A stretch of DNA of 63,904 nucleotides, counting the filler, from an uncultured bacterium (GTDB taxonomy: Bacteria > DAOPZR01): the NCBI GenBank assembly GCA_964637655.1. It is 7 parts of 7 records of this genome, joined end to end, with 100 filler letters (N's around TTAATTAATTAA, not from the genome) between each part and the next. Parts side by side here need not be neighbours in the genome. Positions count along the whole stretch, not along the records: positions 19,004 to 28,369 come from CAZWUZ010000151.1; positions 28,470 to 37,810 come from CAZWUZ010000152.1; 5 more parts are not named here. The stretch is one strand, 5' to 3'. The notes beneath the pieces were generated by a model. The model was not told where the DNA came from and ran no database searches. It saw only the letters and a program-made list of their open reading frames with translations. This document shows, in pieces, positions 26,709-37,097 of this stretch. How positions within the stretch are numbered: the stretch's first letter is position 1; each line of letters opens with the position of its first letter. The translations under genes were made by a program, and so were the position numbers.

Positions 26709-28192
26709 CCGGTCAGACCGCGCATGAGCAGCACACTGCTGAGTCCGGCGGCAGCCAGCACGGTCAGTGCCAGTCCCGCCACCATCTCCGCCGCGCCGTA
26801 GTGCAGATAGTCGTAAATGCGCATGGTGACCGTCGCCGCGCCCGGCGGCACCACCAGCATGGTGGCCCCGAGTTCACCGAGCGTCAGCGCGAAGACCGCC
26901 GCCGCTGCCGCCAGCACGCCCGGACGCAGCAGCGGCAGGCGGAGACGCAGCCAGACCGTCAGCGGCGACCGCGGCACCAGCCGCGCCGCGTCGAGCAGGT
27001 TGCCGTCAAGCGCGGCGCGGTGCAGGACGAGCAGCAGCACCGCCCACGGTGCGAACCGCGCAAAGCCGGCAAGCATCGGCATGGCCAGGGTGCCGTACAG
27101 GCCGCACGGCAGCAGCGTGTTCCACAGCGTGATCAACCCGACCCCGACCAGCGGCGCGGGCGCGACGAGCGCCGGCAGCAGCCACCAGCAGCGGGCCCGG
27201 CGGCGACCGGCCGCCACCAGCAGGGCGAACCCCACCGCCGCAACCGCCGTGACCGCAGCCACGACCAGTGAGACGCGCAGTTCCGCCGCGGCGGCCGTGG
27301 CGGCAGAGATAACCGCTGCCGGCGAACCCGCCTGCCAGGCCAGCGCCGCCACCGGCACAACCACCGCCGTGACGAGCAGTGCTGCGGCGCCCTGGCGCGC
27401 AAGGCGCCAGCATCCGGAAGCGCGCAACGTCGGGTACGTACCGGTCCATGCCGCCACGCCGCCCGCAGCCAGCGCGAAACGCAACGCGAGCACGCCCGCG
27501 GGCACAGTCACCGCGAGCAGCGGCAGCGCCAGCACCGCCATGCGGCCGGCGTCGCCGGTGGCACTGAAGTCGGCGAACAGTTCGAGCGCGTAGACGTTGA
27601 CGGAAAACGCCGAGGAGACGCTGAAATCGATGAGCGACAGGAGGAAGACCGCGAGCATGCCGGCCAGCACACCCGGCAGCGCCAGCGGCAGCGCGATGCG
27701 TCGCGCTACCGCGGCTTCCGTGCCATGCAGGCGCGCGGCGTCGAGGAGGGCTGACGGAACCGTGACCACGCCGGCAAACGCGCAGGCCACAGCATACGGC
27801 AGGTAGGCGAGCAGACCGACCCAGACGCTGCTGCCCCAGCCGGACACCGGCAGGAGTGACAGACCGGTCAACTGATTGAGCCGGCCGGCCAGTGCCAGCC
27901 AGGCCAGGGCGTGCAGGTAGGGAGGAATGAGCGCCGTGAGCAGCGCGAGGAACAGCCAGCGGCGCACGGCGCGCGGCGGGCAGCCAAGCGCGAGCGTCAG
28001 GGCGATACTGCCGGCAGCGAGGGCCACCGTCCCCGACCAGACGATCCCGTCGAGCAGAAGTCCGGCACGACGCGCGGACCCGAGCAGGTCGGTCACCGTT
28101 GCCGGCACCACCGCCGTTAACGGCGCCACGAGCGGCAGGATAAGGCAGAGCAGTACCGCCGCTGTCGTCAGGCTGGAAAGCAGCAGGCGCAT
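26696..28192 (-). CDS. ABC permease, Fe3+/thiamine (FbpB/ThiP)-like, two transmembrane domains
   Basis: Two EAA-like loops (LLDAARL) and TLGELGAT. Confidence 0.8.
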   Translation of the reverse strand: MRLLLSSLTTAAVLLCLILPLVAPLTAVVPATVTDLLGSARRAGLLLDGIVWSGTVALAAGSIALTLALGCPPRAVRRWLFLALLTALIPPYLHALAWLALAGRLNQLTGLSLLPVSGWGSSVWVGLLAYLPYAVACAFAGVVTVPSALLDAARLHGTEAAVARRIALPLALPGVLAGMLAVFLLSLIDFSVSSAFSVNVYALELFADFSATGDAGRMAVLALPLLAVTVPAGVLALRFALAAGGVAAWTGTYPTLRASGCWRLARQGAAALLVTAVVVPVAALAWQAGSPAAVISAATAAAAELRVSLVVAAVTAVAAVGFALLVAAGRRRARCWWLLPALVAPAPLVGVGLITLWNTLLPCGLYGTLAMPMLAGFARFAPWAVLLLVLHRAALDGNLLDAARLVPRSPLTVWLRLRLPLLRPGVLAAAAAVFALTLGELGATMLVVPPGAATVTMRIYDYLHYGAAEMVAGLALTVLAAAGLSSVLLMRGLTGWRA

Positions 28193-28198
28193 GGCAGG

Positions 28199-28369
28199 CT
28201 ACCGGGCGAACAGTTCCCGCAGCACATCCTGCGAAGCGGGGAAGGCGGCGGCCGCCGCCGCGAGCAGTTCCGGCGGAATCTGCGCGAGCAGGCGGGCGGC
28301 AGCCGGCGAGAGACACCCCTCGCGTTCGAGCCGCTCGCGCACCGCCACTGACGCAAGGTGTTCCGCCAG
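28199..28369 (-). CDS. C-terminal fragment, possibly an ABC substrate-binding protein
   Basis: Open frame ending ...FPASQDVLRELFAR* just upstream of the permease. Confidence 0.45.
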   Translation of the reverse strand: MAEHLASVAVRERLEREGCLSPAAARLLAQIPPELLAAAAAAFPASQDVLRELFAR

Positions 28370-28469
28370 NNNNNNNNNNNNNNNNNNNNNNNNNNNNNNN
28401 NNNNNNNNNNNNNTTAATTAATTAANNNNNNNNNNNNNNNNNNNNNNNNNNNNNNNNNNNNNNNNNNNN

Positions 28470-29289
28470 TCACGACGATATCCGGCGTCACCCCGAGCCG
28501 GCGCAGCGGCGGCAGCGCGGTGTCGACGGCAATGACCACCCCGCGCCCCGCCGCCTGCGTCAGCAGCGCGCCGTTGCCGTCGAGCGACGGGCCGCCGCCG
28601 ACGACAAACGCCGGGCGGCCGCGCGCACTGCGGTCAAGCCGGGTCACCGGCGGCAGCTGCAGGATTTCCGGCAGCGACTCCCAGAAATGCTGCTGCCAGC
28701 GCGGGGCGAAGAGCAGCAGTGTCGCGCGGGTGCGCTGCTCGACGGTAATGCGTTCGGCCAGACGTTCGCGGAAGACGGGGAGGAAGCCGGGATAGAGCGC
28801 GTCCGCGCCGTGCAGCGGCACGAACCCCGCCAGCGGCAGCGCGTCGAGGTCCTGCGTTTCCGTCACCTGCGCCGCCGCCGCGTCGGGATCGTCACTGACG
28901 ATCACCGTCACGTCACGCCGCGCCAGCACCGCGCGCAGGTCGGTGACGCCCAGCGCCCGGGTGAGGATATCCGCCCGCGGTTCGACGATGACCAGGGGAG
29001 CCTGCGGGAAGCGCTGCTGCAGCCCGACGAGGTGGTAGCCGGCGCCGGCGCCGATAACGATGAAGAGCGGGGCGGGGCGCAGGGCGGTAACCACCTCGCG
29101 CATCTCCTGCAGCGGGTTGTCCTCGGGGTGCACCGCGCGCTGGCGCAGCGCGTCGAACAGGTTGGGCCAGCGCCCGCGGCTGACCACGCTGACGCTTCCC
29201 GGTCCGGTGTTGCGCAGGCGCTCCGCCAGCGCCGGGTGGCGCGTCGCCAGGGCGGCGAGGTTTTCCGCGAAGCGCTCCGCGCCCGCCAT
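28470..29289 (-). CDS. Maf (motility-associated factor, DUF115/MptE-like) flagellin glycosyltransferase, 3'-truncated
   Basis: RFAENLAAL...IGAGAGYHL...PAFVVGGGPSLD...VIAVDTAL...GVTPDIVV. Confidence 0.82.
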
Positions 29290-29310
29290 AGTCAGCCGCC
29301 GCGGCGCCCG

Positions 29311-31170
29311 CTACTGCAGGCGGACATACAGTTCGCCGTCCCACACCGAGGTTCCGGCCGCCGGGCGCTGCTCGACGACCAGCCCGGACCCCTCGATGCG
29401 CGCGCGCGGGAAGTCGCTGCCGAGCAGGCGGATGACATCGGCCAGTGTCAGCCCGCGCAGGTCGGGCATGATCCCCGGTTTACCGTCGTACGCGCTGCTG
29501 CGCGCGATCCCCGACGTCCCGCCGATGTCCGCCAGCGTCCCCGGCGCACTGATGCCGAGCTGCGCGAGGATACGCTGCGCCACGTCACGGAAGACCGGGG
29601 CCGCCACGGTGCCGCCGTAGTAGCCCTCGCGCGTCGGGTCGGTGATCGACACGAGAATGGCGAGTTTCGGATCATCCGCCGGCGCCACACCGATAAACGA
29701 ACCGATCCAGCGGTTGTCGTAGTAGCCGCCGGTTTCGAGATTGGGCAGCCGCGCCGTCCCCGTCTTGCCCGCCACCGAGAAGCCGTTGACCGCCGCCGCC
29801 CGGCCCGAGCCCCGCTCCACCACCCCGCGCATCATGCGCAGCAGCGTGCGGGTTGTCCCGTAGCTGACCACGCGCCGCACCTCCTGCCGCTGCCCCCGGT
29901 GAAGCACCGTACCGTCGCGCGTGGTCACCGCGCGCACCAGGCGGGGCCGCAACAGCACGCCGCCGTTGGCGATGGCCGCCGCCGCTGTGGCCATCTGCAG
30001 CGGCGTCACCATAATCTCATAGCCGATGGCGAGCGAGTGACGCGACTGGCCCGACCAGCGCTCCGGGCGGTAAAGCGCCCCGCCGACCTCCCCGCGCAGT
30101 TCGATGCCCGTCGGCAGGCCGAACCCGAAATCGCGCAACACCGCATACAGGTCGCGCGGCTGGATGCCGTCGATGGCCTCGACCATCCCGACATTGCATG
30201 AGTTGGCGAGCACGTCCGCGAAGGTCTGGTCGCCGTGATTGTGCACGCAATGGATCGTGCGCCCGGCGCGGCTGATATACCCGGGACAGAAGAACCGGCG
30301 GTTGAGGTCCACCGCACGCTTCTCCAGCAGCGCCGCCGCGTCGAAGATCTTGAAGATCGAGCCGGGCTCGAAGACGTCGGTGATGGTGCGGTTGCGCAGC
30401 CGCGGGCGGCTTGCCGTGTCGAGATAGTCGCCGTAGCGGTTCGGGTCGAAGGTCGGCCACGACGCCATGGCCAGCACGTCGCCGCTGCGCACGTCGAGCA
30501 CCACCACCGTGCCGCCACGCGCCCCGTACTTCTCGCAGCTGCTGCCCAGCTCCTCGGTGGCGATATGCTGCGTCAGGTGGTCGATGGTCAGCGTCACCCG
30601 CGCCGGTTCCGGGTTGTCCTCGGCGTGATAGCGCAGCCAGCGGTCGCCCCACAGTTCCATCCCCTCGAGCCCGCGGTCATCACCGCTGACAAACCCGAGC
30701 AGGTGCGCCCCGAGATCGTCATACGGGTAGACGCGCCGGTATTGCGTTTCGAGGGTGATGTGGTCGAGCCGCAGCCGCCGCACCGCGTCCGCCTGTGCCG
30801 GCGAAATGGCGCGGGCCAGCCAGACCAGTCCGCTCCGCTGCTGCAGTTTCGCCAGCAGTTCCGCCTCCGGCAGGCCGAGCACCGGTGCCAGCCGTTCCGC
30901 TGTCCGCTGCCGCTTCTCCGGCAGGATGCGCAGCGCGTTGGCCGCCACCGACTGTTCGGCCACGCTCAGCGCCAGTTTGACCCCGTTGACGTCGGTGATG
31001 GTGCCGCGCGCCGCGACGGAATAGGAGACGCCGCCGGTCGCCATCCGCCGCAGATTCGCCTCCGCCCCCAGCACGTGCACCCAGGCCAGTCGCGCAAAGA
31101 GCAGCACAAACGCGCCCAGCACAAAACCGCTGAGCACGCGCACCCGCTGCCGCATCAGGTCATCAATCAT
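29311..31170 (-). CDS. ftsI: Class B penicillin-binding protein (FtsI-like) with C-terminal PASTA domain
   Basis: RGTITD, EPGSIFK (SxxK), SCN, KTGT; MPDLRGLT PASTA. Confidence 0.88.
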   Translation of the reverse strand: MIDDLMRQRVRVLSGFVLGAFVLLFARLAWVHVLGAEANLRRMATGGVSYSVAARGTITDVNGVKLALSVAEQSVAANALRILPEKRQRTAERLAPVLGLPEAELLAKLQQRSGLVWLARAISPAQADAVRRLRLDHITLETQYRRVYPYDDLGAHLLGFVSGDDRGLEGMELWGDRWLRYHAEDNPEPARVTLTIDHLTQHIATEELGSSCEKYGARGGTVVVLDVRSGDVLAMASWPTFDPNRYGDYLDTASRPRLRNRTITDVFEPGSIFKIFDAAALLEKRAVDLNRRFFCPGYISRAGRTIHCVHNHGDQTFADVLANSCNVGMVEAIDGIQPRDLYAVLRDFGFGLPTGIELRGEVGGALYRPERWSGQSRHSLAIGYEIMVTPLQMATAAAAIANGGVLLRPRLVRAVTTRDGTVLHRGQRQEVRRVVSYGTTRTLLRMMRGVVERGSGRAAAVNGFSVAGKTGTARLPNLETGGYYDNRWIGSFIGVAPADDPKLAILVSITDPTREGYYGGTVAAPVFRDVAQRILAQLGISAPGTLADIGGTSGIARSSAYDGKPGIMPDLRGLTLADVIRLLGSDFPRARIEGSGLVVEQRPAAGTSVWDGELYVRLQ

Positions 31171-31901
31171 TCGATCGGGCCAAGCCGCGCAAACGGCCAG
31201 TAGATGCAGAAGGCCTTGCCCAGCAGGTTGGGGCGCGGCATGAACCCCCAGAAGCGGCTGTCGGCGCTGTTGTCGCGATTGTCACCCATGACAAAATACC
31301 ACGCGCCCGTCACCGTCAGTTCCGTCACCGGGCGGTTGTCGAGGTAGCACTGCGCGCCGACCCAGCGCAGTTCCTCCCCGCGCTGGCGGCAGAGTTCGCG
31401 GTAGGCAAGTTTCGCATCGTCTGTCAGCCCGGCCAGCTGCACCGTCTCGCCGTCGCGCGGCACGTGCACCGGCCCGTACTCGTCGCGCGTCAGCTGGCGC
31501 GGCACCCCGCGGTGGATGGCGTAGGGCTCGGTCAGCTCGGTGCCGTTGACATAGACCAGGCCGCCGCGCACCGCGACCGTGTCGCCCGGGCAGCCGATGA
31601 CCCGCTTGATGTAGTCCTTGGCTTCCCCGGGCCCGGGATAGACGAAGACGATGATGTCCCCCCGCTGCGGGTCGCTGAACCGGTAGATGAAGCGGTTGAC
31701 CAGCACATGGTCGTCGATGAGCAGCGTATCCTCCATCGACGACGAGGGGATGAAGAAGGCCTGCACGATGAAATAGCGGATGAGCAGCGCGAGGGTGACC
31801 GCGACGACCACCGTCTCGACCACCTCGCGCAGCGCCGAAGTACGCTGCCGCCCCCACAGCGCGCCATAGCGCTCCCGCAGCCGTCGCCAGGATGTCCGCA
31901 T
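31167..31901 (-). CDS. lepB: Signal peptidase I
   Basis: IPSSSMEDTL, YIKRVIG, FVMGDNRDNSADSRFWG. Confidence 0.95.
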   Translation of the reverse strand: MRTSWRRLRERYGALWGRQRTSALREVVETVVVAVTLALLIRYFIVQAFFIPSSSMEDTLLIDDHVLVNRFIYRFSDPQRGDIIVFVYPGPGEAKDYIKRVIGCPGDTVAVRGGLVYVNGTELTEPYAIHRGVPRQLTRDEYGPVHVPRDGETVQLAGLTDDAKLAYRELCRQRGEELRWVGAQCYLDNRPVTELTVTGAWYFVMGDNRDNSADSRFWGFMPRPNLLGKAFCIYWPFARLGPIE

Positions 31902-31915
31902 GGCCGTTCGTGTCC

Positions 31916-32248
31916 CTACTTGAGGAACACTTTTTTGATGTTCCAGTTCTTGAGTTTTTCGATCTGCTTTTTGTTGAGCACGGTCCCCGCCTCGAGCAGC
32001 ACCATCTTGTTGGCGTTGTCGTGCACGTCCTCCGCCAGCGTGTCACCCTCCTGCAGCGACTCGACGCTGGTGTAGGATCCCGTCCCGCCGCTGCTGCGCT
32101 TCGCCGGGCCCGACGCCGCGGGTCGCTGCTCCTCCTTGAGCGTGCGCAACACGAAACGGATGTTGCGGTTTTTCAGTTTCAGCGCGATGATCACCCCGAG
32201 CAGCAGGATGACACTGACCACGATGATGGCGATTTCCCTGGTTTCCAT
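31916..32248 (-). CDS. Small single-TM protein with an HD-GYP N-terminal-like domain
   Basis: N-terminal TM helix, then SVESLQEGDTLAEDV...LLEAGTVLNKKQIEKLKNWNIKKVF. Confidence 0.7.
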   Translation of the reverse strand: METREIAIIVVSVILLLGVIIALKLKNRNIRFVLRTLKEEQRPAASGPAKRSSGGTGSYTSVESLQEGDTLAEDVHDNANKMVLLEAGTVLNKKQIEKLKNWNIKKVFLK

Positions 32249-32275
32249 GCGCTTGCGGCCCCCCTCCCCGTGGCG

Positions 32276-32304
32276 ATTCTATCCCGTCGGTTTTTTCCTG
32301 TCAA
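32276..32304 (-). promoter_or_regulatory. Sigma70-type promoter
   Basis: TTGACA-N17-TAGAAT on the minus strand. Confidence 0.75.
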
Positions 32305-32308
32305 CCGC

Positions 32309-34927
32309 CTACGCCCAGGCGATCAGCCCCGTCTCGAACGGGTTCAGGTCCTGCGCGTGGCGCGGCAGCACGCGCACCCCGATGCCGTGCCGCCCGCTCT
32401 CGGTAAAGCGGAACGTGCCGCGGTAGGCCACCCCGCCGTCCGCAACCGCGCCTGCCGTCATCGGCAACGCCGCGCCGCGTACCACCTCGCCGCGCGAATC
32501 GAGCGGCCCGCAGACCAGTTCCACCGCCAGTTCCGCCGGCGGCAGCCCGCCGGTCTGCAGTACAATGCTCACCTCGTGCTCGAGCCCGACCGCGTACTCC
32601 GCCTCCGCGCCGCCGCTCACCGCCACCGACTTCACCTTCACCTGCGGCCAGGCCGCGCGCACCTTCTCCTGCCAGCGCGCCAGTTCGCCGAGCAGCGCCG
32701 CCTGCCCGAGCAGCGCCGAGCCGCGCTGATGCCCCGGCAGGTAGAACTGCTGACAGTATTCCTCGACCATGCGGTCGGTGTTGAACGCCGGCACCAGGTG
32801 GCAGAGGCACGACTTCATCATCTCCAGCCACTGCCGCGGCAGCCCGTCGGCACCGCGCGTGTAGAAGGTCGGCACCACTTCCTTTTCCAGCAGGTCGTAG
32901 AGCGCGTTGGCATCGATGTCGTCCTGCCGCTCCAGCTCCGCCGGTTCGAGATGCTCGCTGCGATCGCCGATGGCCCAGCCCGCCCCCTGCCGGTATCCCT
33001 CGTCCCACCACCCGTCGAGCACCGACAGGTTGAGCACGCCGTTGGCCGCCGCCTTCATCCCGCTGGTGCCGCTCGCCTCGAGCGGCCGGCGCGGGTTGTT
33101 CAGCCACACATCAGCCCCGCTCACCAGGTAGCGTGCCACGCAGATGTCGTAGTCCTCGATGAAGACGATGCGCCCGCGCAGTTCGGGCTCGCGCTGCAGG
33201 TGGACGATCTGCTTGATCAGTTCCTTGCCGAGATTGTCCTTGGGGTGCGCCTTGCCGGCGATGATGATCTGCACCGGGCGCGCCGGGTCGCCGCTGACGA
33301 TCCGCTTGAGACGCTCCACGTCGCGGAAGAGCAGGTTGGCGCGCTTGTAGGTGGCGAACCGCCGCGCGAAACCGATGGTCAGGATGTCGGGGCGCAGCGC
33401 CTCGCCCGCGCTCGCCACTTCCGTGTTCAACCCGTGCTTCGCCTCCGTCTGCGCCGCCAGCCGCTTGCGCGCGAACGACACCAGCCGCTGCCGCCGCCGC
33501 TCATGCGCCCGCCACAGTTCCTCGCCCGGGATCCGCTCGACGCGCGCCCAGACATCCGCCTTCGCCGTGTGGCTGATCCACCCCGGGCCGAGGTAGCGGT
33601 GGTAGAGGCCGCCCAGTTCGCCGGACACCCACGAGCGCACGTGCACCCCGTTGGTGATGTGCCCGATCGGCACCTCGTCGGTCTGCGCCGAGGGCCAGAC
33701 CTCGTCGAACATCAGGCGCGACACCTCGCCGTGCAGCTTGCTCACGCCGTTGCGGTACGCCGAGGTGCGCAGCGCGAAGACCGCCATGTTGAAGTCGTTT
33801 TTCTCGTCCGCCAGCGGGCTTTTGCCCAGCGCCAGCACGCGCGCCAGCGGCAGGCCGCGCTGCTCGCAGTAGGGGGCGAGGTACTTCTCCACCATCGCCA
33901 GCGGGAAGCGGTCGATCCCCGCCGGCACCGGCGTGTGCGTGGTAAACAGCGTGCGCGCCTGAGCTGCCAGCCGCGCTTCGTCGAACCCGAGCTTCCGCTC
34001 CTGCATCAGGTGGCGGATCTGCGCCAGCGCGAGGAACGCCGAGTGCCCCTCGTTCATGTGGCAGAAGGTCGGGGTGCGCCCGCTGGCGAGCAGCGCGCGG
34101 TAGCCGCCGATGCCGAGCAGCACTTCCTGGCGGATGCGCAATTCCGTGTCGCCGCCATACAGTTGTGCCGTCAGTGCGCGCACGGGTTCCGGGTTCTCCG
34201 GCAGGTTGGCATCGAGCAGCAGCAGCGTCACGCGCCCGACCAGCACCTGCCACACCTGCACGGTGAACGTGCTCTTGCCGTCAGGGACGCTCACCCGCAG
34301 CGGCTTGCCGTCCGCGCCCGCCACCAGTTGCAGCGGCAGGTTGTAGAAATCGAGCGGCGAATAGAATTCCTGCTGCCAGCCGTCCTGGTTGAGGTTCTGC
34401 CGGAAGTACCCCTCGCGGTAGAGCAGCCCGACGCCGGTCAGCGGCAGCCCGAGGTCGCTCGCCGACTTGAGGTGATCCCCCGCCAGCAGCCCGAGCCCGC
34501 CGGAATAACTCTGCAGCGCCTCGGTCAGCCCGAACTCCATCGAGAAGTAGGCGATGGTGCAGCCCGCGTTCTCCGCCGCGTGACGCGAGCGGTACCAGGT
34601 GTTCATCGGCATCCGCTCGGGATCCGCCGACGGGTTCCCTGCCTGCAGGTAGTCGTCGAAGTGGCGCAACACCCGCGCGTAAAAGGCGCGGAAGGCGTCA
34701 TCCTCGGCCGCAGCCAGCAGCTTCTCCTGCGGGATGCGCCCGAGCAGCGCGACCGGGTTGTGGTAGGTCTCCTCCCACAGTTCGTCACTCAGCCGGCGGA
34801 ACAGTTCCACCCCTTCGGTATTCCAGCACCACCACAGGTTGTAGGCCAGTTCTTCGAGCCGCTTGAGCGCCGGCGGCAGGTTCGGCCGCACCCGCATCGT
34901 TTTCAGCAGTTTGATACCCATCGTCAT
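32309..34927 (-). CDS. glgP: Alpha-glucan (glycogen) phosphorylase
   Basis: LAYNLWW, YFSMEFG, YSGGLG, GFARRFATYKR, EASGTSGMK. Confidence 0.96.
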   Translation of the reverse strand: MTMGIKLLKTMRVRPNLPPALKRLEELAYNLWWCWNTEGVELFRRLSDELWEETYHNPVALLGRIPQEKLLAAAEDDAFRAFYARVLRHFDDYLQAGNPSADPERMPMNTWYRSRHAAENAGCTIAYFSMEFGLTEALQSYSGGLGLLAGDHLKSASDLGLPLTGVGLLYREGYFRQNLNQDGWQQEFYSPLDFYNLPLQLVAGADGKPLRVSVPDGKSTFTVQVWQVLVGRVTLLLLDANLPENPEPVRALTAQLYGGDTELRIRQEVLLGIGGYRALLASGRTPTFCHMNEGHSAFLALAQIRHLMQERKLGFDEARLAAQARTLFTTHTPVPAGIDRFPLAMVEKYLAPYCEQRGLPLARVLALGKSPLADEKNDFNMAVFALRTSAYRNGVSKLHGEVSRLMFDEVWPSAQTDEVPIGHITNGVHVRSWVSGELGGLYHRYLGPGWISHTAKADVWARVERIPGEELWRAHERRRQRLVSFARKRLAAQTEAKHGLNTEVASAGEALRPDILTIGFARRFATYKRANLLFRDVERLKRIVSGDPARPVQIIIAGKAHPKDNLGKELIKQIVHLQREPELRGRIVFIEDYDICVARYLVSGADVWLNNPRRPLEASGTSGMKAAANGVLNLSVLDGWWDEGYRQGAGWAIGDRSEHLEPAELERQDDIDANALYDLLEKEVVPTFYTRGADGLPRQWLEMMKSCLCHLVPAFNTDRMVEEYCQQFYLPGHQRGSALLGQAALLGELARWQEKVRAAWPQVKVKSVAVSGGAEAEYAVGLEHEVSIVLQTGGLPPAELAVELVCGPLDSRGEVVRGAALPMTAGAVADGGVAYRGTFRFTESGRHGIGVRVLPRHAQDLNPFETGLIAWA

Positions 34928-35505
34928 TACTCCTCCGTCGCGGCCTGCGCCGCGCGTTTGCGTGCGCGTGCCTGCCGCCGCTGATAGCGTTCGTTATCAC
35001 TGTAAATACACCCGCAGTAATTCTGCAGGTACAGACCCCATGCCCGCGCCTGCTGCTGCGCCGCGCGGAACTGCGGCCGCCAGTCTGCGCTGATAAACTC
35101 AATTCCCGTACGCGCTGCCGCCGCCTGCCCCGCCGCGAGAATCGCCTCCCGGTCGAGATAGGGGCTCACCAGCATGGTCGTGGTAAACGCGCGGTACCCG
35201 TGTGCCGCCGCGTACGCCGCCGTCGCGTCGAGCCGCTGCCGCAGGCAGACCGGGCAGCGGTCCACGCCGCCCGCCGGGATGCCGGCCAGCCACGCCGCGG
35301 CATCATAATCGCCCGTCGTCTGCACCGTCAGGCCCAGCCGCAGCGCCGCCGCCCGCAGGTGTTCCTCCCGCCGCAGGTACTCCGCCGCCGGGTGAATGTT
35401 CGGGTTATACCATAAAACGTCGGGAACGTCACCGCGCGCGATGAGTTCCGCCGCCGGGGCCAGCAGGCAGGGCCCGCAGCAGGCATGCAGCAGCAGGTCA
35501 GCCAT
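34927..35505 (-). CDS. queH: Epoxyqueuosine reductase QueH
   Basis: LLHACCGPC, YNPNIHP, RCPVC, YLQNYCGC. Confidence 0.9.
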   Translation of the reverse strand: MADLLLHACCGPCLLAPAAELIARGDVPDVLWYNPNIHPAAEYLRREEHLRAAALRLGLTVQTTGDYDAAAWLAGIPAGGVDRCPVCLRQRLDATAAYAAAHGYRAFTTTMLVSPYLDREAILAAGQAAAARTGIEFISADWRPQFRAAQQQARAWGLYLQNYCGCIYSDNERYQRRQARARKRAAQAATEE

Positions 35506-35512
35506 AACGCGC

Positions 35513-36532
35513 TTAGAAGAGCGACGCCGTGCCGGGCGGCGGGGTCAGGCCGAGATGGGTGTAGGCCGCCGCGGTCGCCACCCGCCCGCGCGCCGTGCGC
35601 TGCAGCAGGCCGCGCTGGATAAGGAACGGTTCGTACACGTCTTCGAGCGTACCCGTCTCCTCCCCCAGCGCCACCGCCAGCGTCGCCACCCCCACCGGGC
35701 CGCCGGCATGGTTGGTGATGACCGTGCGCAGCAGCGCGCGGTCCATGCGGTCGAGTCCCAGCGCATCGACTTCGAGCCGGTCGAGCGCGCGCGCCGCCAG
35801 TTTCCCGTCGATGCCACCGTTCGTCTCCACCTGCGCAAAATCACGCACGCGCCGCAGCAGCCGGTTGGCGATGCGCGGGGTGCCGCGGGCGCGGGCGGCG
35901 ATGGCCTCCACGCCCGCCGGGTCGATGGCGATATGCAGCAGCGCGGCCGCGCGCCGCACAATCGCCGCCATCTCATCGTCGGGATAGTAATCGAGGCGCA
36001 ACACGATGCCGAAACGCGAGTGCAGCGGGGCCGAGATGGCGCCCGCGCGCGTCGTCGCGCCGATCAGCGTGAACGCCGGCACCGGCAGCACCATCGTCTC
36101 CGCCGCCGGCCCCTTGCCGTAGACGATGTCGATGCGCCGGTCCTCCATCGCCGGATACAAGCGCTCCTCCACCGGCGCGCCGAGGCGGTGGATCTCGTCG
36201 ACAAACAGGCAGTCGCGCTCCTGCAGATTGGTGAGGATGGCTGCCAGATCGCCCGCGTGCTCCAGCGCCGGGCCCGAGGTGGCGCGCAGCGTCACCCCCA
36301 GTTCATGCGCGACAATGTTGGCCAGCGTCGTCTTGCCCAGTCCCGGGGGGCCCGAAAGGAGGACATGGTCGAGCGCCTCGCCCCGCTGCTTGGCCGCCAG
36401 CACGAAGACGCGCAGGTTTTCCTTGAGCCGCTGCTGCCCGATGAACTCGTCGAGCCGCACCGGGCGCAGCGACAGATCGACCGCACGGTCGTCCTCCGCC
36501 GCGCGCGGATTGACCAGCCGTTCGTCCGCCAT
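35513..36532 (-). CDS. ruvB: Holliday junction helicase RuvB
   Basis: LRPVRLDEFIGQ, GPPGLGKTT, DEIHR, RGTPRIANRLLRRVRD. Confidence 0.96.
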   Translation of the reverse strand: MADERLVNPRAAEDDRAVDLSLRPVRLDEFIGQQRLKENLRVFVLAAKQRGEALDHVLLSGPPGLGKTTLANIVAHELGVTLRATSGPALEHAGDLAAILTNLQERDCLFVDEIHRLGAPVEERLYPAMEDRRIDIVYGKGPAAETMVLPVPAFTLIGATTRAGAISAPLHSRFGIVLRLDYYPDDEMAAIVRRAAALLHIAIDPAGVEAIAARARGTPRIANRLLRRVRDFAQVETNGGIDGKLAARALDRLEVDALGLDRMDRALLRTVITNHAGGPVGVATLAVALGEETGTLEDVYEPFLIQRGLLQRTARGRVATAAAYTHLGLTPPPGTASLF

Positions 36533-36533
36533 C

Positions 36534-37022
36534 TCAGGCCAGCCGCTGCGGCAGCAGGGCGAAAAATTCGTAGATGGCCTGCCCGGCCGCCTCGGGTGCC
36601 ATCCCCATCACCAGCATCGTCAGCGCGCTGCCGAGGAAAGCGAGTCCGCCGACCAGCACCGCCATCACCGTCACCGCGCCGAACGCGCGCCCGAACGTCG
36701 TCCGCCCGGCAATCTTGACCATGAGCAGGAAGAAAACGAGGAGCAGGGCAAGCAGCCAGAAGGTGGCAATGAGCGTGGTTGGCACCGGGGTCTCGCCGAA
36801 CATGACCGTCTGCAGCACCGCGTTGCGCGCGACGATGACCAGCACGATGTAGCCGAGTCCCGCGGTGAGGATGTTGCCCATCAGCGTGATGAAGAGCAGG
36901 GCGGGATATTCGAGCGTTTCGCGCGTGAACAGGCGCAGCGCCACCAGCAACCCGAGCGCCATCACCACCGCCGCCATCACTAATGCCAGAATAGTCTGGA
37001 CGAACACCACCGGATCGAACAT
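36534..37022 (-). CDS. Hypothetical membrane protein
   Basis: Four hydrophobic segments; GGAGG ribosome-binding site. Confidence 0.7.
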   Translation of the reverse strand: MFDPVVFVQTILALVMAAVVMALGLLVALRLFTRETLEYPALLFITLMGNILTAGLGYIVLVIVARNAVLQTVMFGETPVPTTLIATFWLLALLLVFFLLMVKIAGRTTFGRAFGAVTVMAVLVGGLAFLGSALTMLVMGMAPEAAGQAIYEFFALLPQRLA

Positions 37023-37097
37023 GCACTGCCTCCGACGGGGATGATAGCATCCCCGTCCCGGGCAGGCAACCGCACGGAGGCGCGCCGTGTCGCTGCC

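Noticed and set aside
31892-34984. 1030-aa plus-strand ORF, and similar long ORFs such as 39164-40954, 42965-45214 and 51840-54257
   Set aside because: Shadow frames opposite or overlapping well-supported genes (glgP, msbA, ade/FapA, PP-loop enzyme/MFS).
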